NCBI GenBank assembly: GCA_903839725.1 | Contig: CAIMDG010000002.1 | Span: 1,078 to 65,077 of the forward strand | DNA length: 64,000 bases | From: an uncultured bacterium | GTDB taxonomy: Bacteria > Patescibacteriota > Minisyncoccia > Phycocordibacterales > PALSA-1337 | Direction: 5' to 3' | In this document: positions 57,181 through 64,000 of the stretch, in pieces | Position numbering within the stretch: the first letter of the stretch is position 1 | How the letters are laid out: the number at the start of each line of letters is the position of its first letter | The notes under the pieces: model-generated | The model's input: only the letters and a program-made list of their open reading frames with translations | Database searches by the model: none | What the model was told of the DNA's origin: nothing | Position numbers and translations under genes: made by a program

Positions 57181-59235
57181 ATGAACCCAATAACACCACA
57201 ACCCAATAACGCTCCCGAAGCCAAGAAGACGACACCAGCAGGTGCACCTCGTCCTACCGGACAGACGCATAGTCGTAATGCATTCTTCCATAAGCATCGT
57301 CATTCGAATTCAACTCTTCATACCCGCACACTTCGTGCACCAGAATCCCCTGCACGCGCAAGTTCATCTACGTCACAGCACGGAGCTGCTGCGCCTCGTA
57401 TGGTGCTCGGTAAAGGTGCTCACAAGCATCCAGAAGTAGTGAAACATATTGCAGGCGCTCGCATGCAAATCGTCCGCCCAGATGCTGCTCGACCAATGCG
57501 TCGCAGTACTCCAAAACCTCTCGTACGTCGTGAGGGAGACACAATTCCTGCTCCTGCAGCTGATACCGTTCGTATCATTCCTCTTGGTGGTGTTGAGGAA
57601 ATCGGCAAGAATATGACCGCCATCGAATATGGTGGTGAAATTATCGTTATTGATATTGGGTTCGGATTCCGTGATGAAACTACACCAGGTATCGATTTCA
57701 TATTGCCCAATACAAAATATCTCGAAGAAAGACAAGATAAAGTTCGTGCAGTTATTATTACACACGGACACTTGGACCATATCGGAGGTATTCCATTCGT
57801 CATGCCACGTATAGGCAATCCACCGATCTATACTCGTCTACTTACCTCTGTACTTATTTCAAAGCGCCAAGAGGAATTCCCTCATGTACCGAAGCTCAAC
57901 ATCAAGATTGTTGAGAAAAATGAAACTATTACTGTTGGTAAGCTCCGCATCAAATTCTTCGCAGTGACCCACACGATTCCTGATGCTATGGGAGTTATCA
58001 TTGAGACTCCATATGGATCAATCGTTCACACAGGAGACTTGAAACTCGACCACGTCGCTGGTGTTCCTACGGAAGAGGAAGAGGCCGAATATGATCGCGT
58101 ATTCAAGAATGAAAAAGTACTCATGCTCATGGCTGACTCAACCAACGTCGAAAACCCAGGCTTCTCTATTCCTGAAAAGACTGTTCACAAAAATATCGAG
58201 GAAATCATTCGTACAGTTCAGGGTCGTCTCATCATCAGTACATTCTCATCCCTTCTTGAACGCTTGCTCAAGATCGTTGAATTCGCGGAGAAATACAATA
58301 AAAAAGTTATTGTCGAAGGACGAAGTCTCAAACAAAATATTGAAATCTGTAAACATATTGGTCTTCTCAAAGCCAAAAAAGAAACCCTCATTTCAAGTGA
58401 TGATATAGACAGTTACCCACCAGACCGTATCATCATTCTTGCTACAGGAGCTCAAGGCGATGAATTCGGAGCTATCATGCGCATGTCGAACAAAACACAT
58501 ACCAAGATTTCCATCAACCCTCGCGATACCATCATGCTCTCTTCATCAGTTGTCCCTGGCAATGAACGTGCAGTGCAGAAGCTCAAAGATAACCTTTCAC
58601 GCCAAGGTGCAAAGATTATCCACTATCGTATGGCAGAAATTCACTCATCTGGTCACGCCAATCGTGATGAGACAGCCTGGATTCATCGCAAGATACATCC
58701 GAAGTTCTTCATGCCTGTGCACGGCTATCACTACATGCTCCGCGTTCATGCAGATATTGCAAAGGAGACCAATGGTCTCACCGAAGCTGATGTTGTCATT
58801 CCAGACAATGGAAGTGTTATCGAAATTCAAAATGCCGGAACCAAGCTCGCTCGTCTCAAAGAGAAGGCTGCTTCAGGACTCGTGCTTGTGGATGGATTCT
58901 CTGTCGGAGATGTGCAGGATGTTGTCATTCGTGACCGTCAGGCCCTCGCCAAGGATGGTATATTCATCATCTTCGGTATCATGAATGGTCAGACTGGTAA
59001 ACTCAAAAAGTCTCCTGATATCATCTCTCGTGGTTTCGTCTATCTCCGTGAGTCACAAGATTTGCTCCATGAAGTACGTCTCCTCATCAAAGATACTGTT
59101 GAAAAGTCAGCTCGTGGACAAAATCCGATCAACATTGATTTCATTAAAGACAATGTCACTGACGCCGTCGCCAAATTCTTGATGCAAAAGACTGCAAAGA
59201 GACCGATGGTTATCCCCGTTATCCTTACTATATAA
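57181..59235 (+). CDS. rnj: Ribonuclease J with about 125-aa basic/His-rich N-terminal extension
   Basis: IIPLGGVEEIGKNMT ... ITHGHLDHIGG metallo-beta-lactamase motifs, beta-CASP and C-terminal domain. N-terminal 125 aa is low-complexity (R/K/H/P/A-rich). Confidence 0.85.
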   Translation: MNPITPQPNNAPEAKKTTPAGAPRPTGQTHSRNAFFHKHRHSNSTLHTRTLRAPESPARASSSTSQHGAAAPRMVLGKGAHKHPEVVKHIAGARMQIVRPDAARPMRRSTPKPLVRREGDTIPAPAADTVRIIPLGGVEEIGKNMTAIEYGGEIIVIDIGFGFRDETTPGIDFILPNTKYLEERQDKVRAVIITHGHLDHIGGIPFVMPRIGNPPIYTRLLTSVLISKRQEEFPHVPKLNIKIVEKNETITVGKLRIKFFAVTHTIPDAMGVIIETPYGSIVHTGDLKLDHVAGVPTEEEEAEYDRVFKNEKVLMLMADSTNVENPGFSIPEKTVHKNIEEIIRTVQGRLIISTFSSLLERLLKIVEFAEKYNKKVIVEGRSLKQNIEICKHIGLLKAKKETLISSDDIDSYPPDRIIILATGAQGDEFGAIMRMSNKTHTKISINPRDTIMLSSSVVPGNERAVQKLKDNLSRQGAKIIHYRMAEIHSSGHANRDETAWIHRKIHPKFFMPVHGYHYMLRVHADIAKETNGLTEADVVIPDNGSVIEIQNAGTKLARLKEKAASGLVLVDGFSVGDVQDVVIRDRQALAKDGIFIIFGIMNGQTGKLKKSPDIISRGFVYLRESQDLLHEVRLLIKDTVEKSARGQNPINIDFIKDNVTDAVAKFLMQKTAKRPMVIPVILTI

Positions 59236-59260
59236 TTCACAGAAACAATAAAAACCGCCA

Positions 59261-59291
59261 CAGCGATGTGGCGGTTTTTAGTATAAAGGAA
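59261..59291 (+). terminator. Rho-independent terminator downstream of rnj
   Basis: aaaaaccgccacagcgatgtggcggttttta. Confidence 0.75.
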
Positions 59292-59306
59292 TACTTTCAC
59301 GAGTAG

Positions 59307-59428
59307 AGAACAGACGTAATATGCACGGTTTTTAAGACCCTTCGGAGCCACGAAGAGTGGCGAGAATGAGTGCGCGTTCAGCAGAACGCGACACGTGTCT
59401 TAAAAACCGTGCATATTACGTCTGTTCT
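59307..59428. repeat. 122-bp palindromic element with nested internal hairpins (candidate structured ncRNA)
   Basis: 32-bp perfect inverted repeat agaacagacgtaatatgcacggtttttaagac / gtcttaaaaaccgtgcatattacgtctgttct enclosing 58 nt with two sub-hairpins (cttcg-gagcca-cgaag and cgcgttc-agca-gaacgcg). Confidence 0.7.
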
Positions 59429-59442
59429 AAACCAAAAACGTA

Positions 59443-60822
59443 CTACAACTGGTTTATATTCTGCTGAATTATATTCGCCTGATTTATTGCATTGGTACCA
59501 TACCCAGCAATCGCTCTTGATTTAGTACATGAACTACCTGAATAATATTTACATGCAGCATTTCTTTCGGCTGTATATCCACCATTTCCTGCACCAAGAT
59601 CATCTAGATACAATGCTGAAGCCATGAATGCATGCGCAGGGTTCCATGGGTTTGGTTCGTCAGCTATACCAAGAGCTCCACGAAGACGATCGGTAAACAA
59701 TGCCCACGTTGAAGGAATAAACTGCGCAGGACCCATCGCACCTCCCCAACCACCGACAGATGCCTGCTGACATGAAACAACTGTCTTCATCGGATCAAAA
59801 CCAAGTGATTTCGTAATTTCCAAGAATGGTTGAATGTCACGAGTTGGTTTCATAACATTCGGACTGAAACTCCCTGTCTTAATATTGATGCCATCTCCAG
59901 TTGAAAGATTTGAAATATAACACTGACCAACGTTCGCCCCGAGAGCTGATTCATTCGTAAGGATGGCGAGCAAGAATGCAGGTCGTACACCAGTCTTCGC
60001 TGATGCAGCTTGTGCATAGGTGAGAGCCTGACCAAACGGAATCTTTACTCCACCAGCCAATGGGAATAATGCCGCACGAATCTTCGCAGCTTGTGATGCC
60101 TTTTGCGCAGCAAGAGATGAGTACGCCTTTTCATTATCCTTACTCAGTGCAAGAAGTTGTTTCTGGGTCTTCTTATCAGTCTCTATATTCTTTTGTTGCT
60201 GTTGAATAATATATCGCGCATCCATTTCAGTATTTTGTCGCACTTCAAGAGCGTCTTTTTCAGCGGTAGTACTTGCTTGATCTGTGCGAAGTTGTTCGAA
60301 TACTGTTTTTAAACTTTCTTGCACAGACTGAAATGTATCAAGATCTTGGAAGAAACCAGCCACTGATGTTTGAGATAAAGCAACTTCAGGGAATGAGTAT
60401 GCATCGACTTCATTTGTCTTGCGCATAATGGCGGCGAGAGTCGCTTTGCCTGAATCAATACGACTTTCTAAATCATCAATATGAGCTTGCTTCTGAGTAA
60501 TGTTATTACTCAATGTTTGTATCAAGAGATTCTTTGCTTTTATTTGTAGTTCAGCCGCCTTGATCTTTGCATCAAGCACTGCAATATCATTCGTCAACGA
60601 AGAACTCTTGGCTTGAGCGGCAGTGAGTTGATCTTGAGCTGCCTGATATTCAGCATTACATGCATTGTATACAGCCGTCAGACGGTCTTTACGTTGCTGA
60701 GAACTCTCACCTGGCAATGAGTCAGGCGCCTCACTACATGTCACCGCTTGTGCATGTGCAAAAAAAGGTGTGGTGAACAATAAGAAAACCGCCAGAACGG
60801 TGAAGCGAACATGCATTTTCAT
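59443..60822 (-). CDS. Secreted coiled-coil protein with C-terminal MltB-like lytic transglycosylase domain
   Basis: Signal peptide, about 230-aa coiled-coil. C-terminal ...AILTNESALG...GAMGPAQFIPSTW motif of the family-3 (MltB/Slt35-like) lytic transglycosylases. Confidence 0.6.
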   Translation of the reverse strand: MKMHVRFTVLAVFLLFTTPFFAHAQAVTCSEAPDSLPGESSQQRKDRLTAVYNACNAEYQAAQDQLTAAQAKSSSLTNDIAVLDAKIKAAELQIKAKNLLIQTLSNNITQKQAHIDDLESRIDSGKATLAAIMRKTNEVDAYSFPEVALSQTSVAGFFQDLDTFQSVQESLKTVFEQLRTDQASTTAEKDALEVRQNTEMDARYIIQQQQKNIETDKKTQKQLLALSKDNEKAYSSLAAQKASQAAKIRAALFPLAGGVKIPFGQALTYAQAASAKTGVRPAFLLAILTNESALGANVGQCYISNLSTGDGINIKTGSFSPNVMKPTRDIQPFLEITKSLGFDPMKTVVSCQQASVGGWGGAMGPAQFIPSTWALFTDRLRGALGIADEPNPWNPAHAFMASALYLDDLGAGNGGYTAERNAACKYYSGSSCTKSRAIAGYGTNAINQANIIQQNINQL

Positions 60823-60874
60823 ATGTATATATTATAGCAACAAGGTCTACCCTTGTCGCTATAATTCTGTATCA

Positions 60875-60903
60875 AAAAATCAGCCCACCTGGGCTGATTT
60901 TTC
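60875..60903 (-). terminator. Rho-independent terminator downstream of rplY
   Basis: aaaaaatcagcccacctgggctgattttt. Confidence 0.7.
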
Positions 60904-60916
60904 GTAAAATTAAAAC

Positions 60917-61591
60917 TTACTTTTTCTCTTCCTTTGCTGGAGCATCAGCACCAGCTTCACCTTCCTTCACTTCCTTGCCCTTTGCATCAGAAACTTCAAT
61001 AGCTGACATATCGATAGCTGTAGGAGCCTCTTCCTTCTCTTCCTTAGGCTCAGAAACTGAGGCGACAACTTCTTCTGGACTGATCTTGAGATCAACACCT
61101 GCGGGAAGCTTCAAATCCTTTGCATGAATAACATCGGAAATTTCGACGAGCTTTGAAATATCAACTTCAATCTCGTGTGGGAGATCCTTTGGAGCTGCTT
61201 CAATTTCGATTTCACGCTGAACCTTCACGAGGATACCGCCCTTGTCCTTGATAGCTGGAGCAACACCAACGAACACAAGCTGAACTGCAACCTGAACTTT
61301 CTTGCCCTTTTCGAGAACATAAAAATCAGCATGGCGAGGTTCGCCTGAAAGTGGATGAACATCAACTTCATGAATGAGAGTCTCGTGTTCACTTGAACCT
61401 TCTTTGATGATAACAACTGATGATTCACCTGCCTTTTTCCAGACTTTCTTGAATTCTACCAATGATACTGAAACAGGAGTTGAAGACTCTTTGGGACCAT
61501 AAAATACAGCGGGCATACGGCCAGCCTTACGAAGTACATCGAGATTTACCTTTACGTCACGCTTTTCTGCGGTTAGATTGAATGTTGCCAT
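60917..61591 (-). CDS. rplY: 50S ribosomal protein L25 (Ctc/general stress protein form)
   Basis: MATFNLTAEKRDVKVNLDVLRKAGRMPAVFYG N-terminus. Long form with acidic C-terminal tail. Confidence 0.85.
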   Translation of the reverse strand: MATFNLTAEKRDVKVNLDVLRKAGRMPAVFYGPKESSTPVSVSLVEFKKVWKKAGESSVVIIKEGSSEHETLIHEVDVHPLSGEPRHADFYVLEKGKKVQVAVQLVFVGVAPAIKDKGGILVKVQREIEIEAAPKDLPHEIEVDISKLVEISDVIHAKDLKLPAGVDLKISPEEVVASVSEPKEEKEEAPTAIDMSAIEVSDAKGKEVKEGEAGADAPAKEEKK

Positions 61592-61686
61592 AGGTCTCTA
61601 AGAATAATATAAGTCAGCCAAAAAGGCAAGTTCCTTGGCTATAATTCATGAAAATATGAATCTTGCGAGAAATTGAGTAACTACTG

Positions 61687-61893
61687 TTAGAACACGAAGA
61701 AATAAATAACTGAAGCAGCAATAGCAAAATTGATGACAACAATTGCTATGAGAATTGGTTTTGCTCCTGCGTCGTCTTTCACAATACCACGACGAATGAG
61801 CCAACCTGCTATACCTGACTCACGAGACTGGCCAGGAAATTGTCGCGAGGTAAATTGACGTGCTTGTTGATCTGTATCAAATTCAATAGACAT
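61687..61893 (-). CDS. Hypothetical small protein with C-terminal TM helix
   Basis: 68-aa ORF. Weak support. Confidence 0.3.
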   Translation of the reverse strand: MSIEFDTDQQARQFTSRQFPGQSRESGIAGWLIRRGIVKDDAGAKPILIAIVVINFAIAASVIYFFVF

Positions 61894-61919
61894 ACGAGTA
61901 ATAATTACTTTGTATATTT

Positions 61920-62888
61920 CTAGTATACCATGTTTGCAGGAATACCACTTTCGAGAGTTGTGATGATATTTTGAGCTGACAAAATAGCCATATCCAGCCG
62001 AGCTTGTTCAGTTGCTGAGGCAATATGAGGTGTAATAACAACATTTGACAACCCTACGAGACCGGGAGTAAGAGCGGGTTCATTTTCAAATACATCTAAC
62101 CCTGCACCAGCGATCACCTTATTCTTGAGAGCATTCACCAATGCCGCCTCATCAACGATTGGTCCGCGTGCAGTATTGATCAAGAGTGCACTTGGCTTCA
62201 TCAATTTCAAATGACTTTCATTGATAAGGTGATGGGTTGATTCATTCAAAGGCACATGAATCGAAACAACATCAGCCTGCTTCATAACATCTTCGATCAT
62301 TGGCCAAAATGAAGCTCCGTGAATACTTTCTATTTTTTCATTACGAGTTATATCGTGATACACGACACGCATACCAAATCCTCGAGAAGCTATCCGAGCA
62401 ACTTCTGTACCAATTCTTCCTGCGCCGATAAGTCCCATCGTCTTTCCTGCAATCTTGGTTCCGTGGAATATCATCGGATCCCAGCCCTTATATTTCCCTG
62501 CACGAAGAAATGTATCCCCTTCAACAATCCTACATGACAATGCAAGGATAAGTGCCCATGCATGTTCCGCAACACGATCTGCTCCACCTCCGGGAGTATT
62601 GGTCAAATATACACCACGCTTCTTACCTTCTTCTACATTAAAATTATTGAAACCTATAGCGTAGTTAGCAAATATTTTAACAGAGGGTGCCGCCGCAAAT
62701 ACTTCAGCATCAATAGTATCAGTCAACAAAGTAAGCACTGCATCATATGGTTTTGCTTTCAAGGCCACAATCACTTCTTGCTTGGTAAGTGGGCGATCAA
62801 GTGGACTTACATCTACCGCATACCCACGATTCGTGAGCATTGATATACCAATATCGGGAATTTTTCTTGTGATAAATACTGATTTCAT
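61920..62888 (-). CDS. D-isomer-specific 2-hydroxyacid dehydrogenase (glycerate/hydroxypyruvate reductase-like)
   Basis: NAD-binding GLIGAGRIGTEVA, catalytic region ...NTARGPIVDE...ITPHIASAT. Confidence 0.8.
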   Translation of the reverse strand: MKSVFITRKIPDIGISMLTNRGYAVDVSPLDRPLTKQEVIVALKAKPYDAVLTLLTDTIDAEVFAAAPSVKIFANYAIGFNNFNVEEGKKRGVYLTNTPGGGADRVAEHAWALILALSCRIVEGDTFLRAGKYKGWDPMIFHGTKIAGKTMGLIGAGRIGTEVARIASRGFGMRVVYHDITRNEKIESIHGASFWPMIEDVMKQADVVSIHVPLNESTHHLINESHLKLMKPSALLINTARGPIVDEAALVNALKNKVIAGAGLDVFENEPALTPGLVGLSNVVITPHIASATEQARLDMAILSAQNIITTLESGIPANMVY

Positions 62889-62892
62889 AAAA

Positions 62893-63753
62893 CTATAATC
62901 CGTTTACGATTCTCAACTTCTCTTCAACTACCTTTCGCATTGCCATCTTGGCTGGTCTCAAATATTTGTATGGAGCGACTTCATCAGGATTTTCAGAAAG
63001 AGCTTTCACAAGTCCTCCACGATACGCCACACGAAGTTCGGTATTCACATGAACAATAGCTACACCGCCCTTGATACAGCCGCGTATATCATCAGCTGTA
63101 TTCCCTGAAGCACCATGAAGAACCAACGGCACCTTGGTTACTGTAGAGATTTCTTGAACACGCCCGATATTCAATGCAGGCTCACCTCCGCGAATCAAAC
63201 CATGAATATTACCGACAGCAGGAGCAAGCATGTCGACACCAGTTTCTTGAATGAAAGACAGTGCTACTTCAGGTTTTGTCATATTCTCAGCACCAACGAT
63301 AGCGCCGGCAGGAATAGCATCAAGTAATTTCGAAGAAGTTCCAATAAACCCAAGCTCACCTTCAACGAGCACGTCACGTCCAGAAGCGCGCGCATATGCA
63401 ACACACTTTTTTGCGGCCGCCACATTGTCTTCAAAAGAAAGTTGTGCCCCGTCAAAAATAACTGAATCAAAACCAGCATCAATCGCTTCCTTAACTCGTT
63501 CGAATGAGTAGGTGTGATCTGCATTCAAGAAAATTGGCTGTTTTCTCTGTTCACGAATACTTTTGACTACAGCTGCGATTTCATTCACGCCAACATAATC
63601 ACGTTCACCTTCTGAAACACCAATAATAACTGGGACCTTGAGTTCCTTTGCTGCATCAGCAACTGCCCAAACTCCATCGAGTGTTGAAATATTGAAATGT
63701 CCTATCGCTACCTTTTTACTAATGGCTTCTTGAATATGTTCACGTAATGTCAT
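62893..63753 (-). CDS. Class II fructose-bisphosphate/tagatose-bisphosphate aldolase family protein
   Basis: VAIGHFNISTLDG, NADHTYSFE, LVLHGASG, IVHVNTEL motifs of class II aldolases. ATG 63753 (MTLREH...) is preferred from N-terminal alignment logic; a GTG at 63774 would give the longer ORF-track product. Confidence 0.75.
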   Translation of the reverse strand: MTLREHIQEAISKKVAIGHFNISTLDGVWAVADAAKELKVPVIIGVSEGERDYVGVNEIAAVVKSIREQRKQPIFLNADHTYSFERVKEAIDAGFDSVIFDGAQLSFEDNVAAAKKCVAYARASGRDVLVEGELGFIGTSSKLLDAIPAGAIVGAENMTKPEVALSFIQETGVDMLAPAVGNIHGLIRGGEPALNIGRVQEISTVTKVPLVLHGASGNTADDIRGCIKGGVAIVHVNTELRVAYRGGLVKALSENPDEVAPYKYLRPAKMAMRKVVEEKLRIVNGL

Positions 63754-63783
63754 GTGATTATTATACCTTGCCACAGTTGTTTC

Positions 63784-63903
63784 GCGAAGCAGGAGGGTGT
63801 GTACTCATTTTTCTCTTATAGGTTAGAGGCCCTCACATCACTCCGCATACCACATTGTTTTTAACCTATGAGAGAAAAATGAGTACACACCCTCCTGCTT
63901 CGC
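63784..63903. repeat. Palindromic element copy 4: 42-bp inverted repeat (1 mismatch) with homologous arms but a different 36-nt core
   Basis: gcgaagcaggagggtgtgtactcatttttctcttataggtta / taacctatgagagaaaaatgagtacacaccctcctgcttcgc. Arms share the GGGTGTG.ACTCATTTTC motif with copies 1-3. Core gaggccctcacatcactccgcataccacattgtttt. Confidence 0.8.
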
Positions 63904-63923
63904 CCCTATGATATAATCAACAC

Positions 63924-64000
63924 ATGTTCAAGAAGTCACTCGATGTTCTCGCTATAGGCGACCTCGCCACCGATGCTTTTATTCGTCTCGAAAAAGCAGA
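63924..64000 (+). CDS. Partial CDS (5' end only), possibly PfkB-family carbohydrate kinase
   Basis: ATG 63924 preceded by tataat at 63912. N-terminus MFKKSLDVLAIGDLATDAFI resembles a ribokinase/PfkB N-terminal beta-strand. Truncated by the window end. Confidence 0.3.
   Translation, partial: MFKKSLDVLAIGDLATDAFIRLEKA

Noticed and set aside
1036-63903. CRISPR array interpretation of the recurring palindromes
   Set aside because: Copies are tens of kb apart, not regularly spaced direct repeats with spacers. No cas genes in the window.
1-64000. rRNA genes, transposases, IS elements, prophage genes
   Set aside because: No ORF resembles a transposase, integrase or phage protein, and no rRNA-like conserved segments were recognised.

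Overview
This is a 64-kb stretch of a low-GC bacterial chromosome; gene content (many type IV pilin-like genes, membrane-anchored binding proteins, many small hypothetical membrane proteins) suggests a reduced-genome, possibly Patescibacteria/CPR-like lineage, which is inference only. Gene calls rest on motif-level recognition of the translated ORFs, with no database search. The core genes, in order, are typA, truB and hisS (divergent), a UvrD-like helicase fused to a RecB-family nuclease, rpoD-dnaG, rpoB-rpoC, and a remodelled rpsP-KH / trmD cluster. Further on come an OmpR-type response regulator with a histidine kinase, tRNA-Ser(GGA), a LemA/TPM-domain gene pair, secG, RNase J, rplY(Ctc), a 2-hydroxyacid dehydrogenase and a class II aldolase.

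Three accessory regions stand out. First, a family of long perfect-palindrome elements occurs four times within about 250 nt upstream of typA, rpoB, rpsP and the aldolase gene (plus an unrelated 122-bp nested-hairpin element). The 37-42-bp arms are perfectly complementary within each copy but diverged between copies, which suggests compensatory evolution. Second, a roughly 16-kb minus-strand locus encodes one LivFGHM-type ABC translocator with seven paralogous type-I substrate-binding proteins; four of them are divergently paired with their own TrmB-family regulator in tandemly duplicated modules. Third, two adjacent giant pilin-like genes share a near-identical 5' third and carry different C-terminal adhesin-like domains.

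No rRNA genes, CRISPR arrays, transposases or integrases were found.
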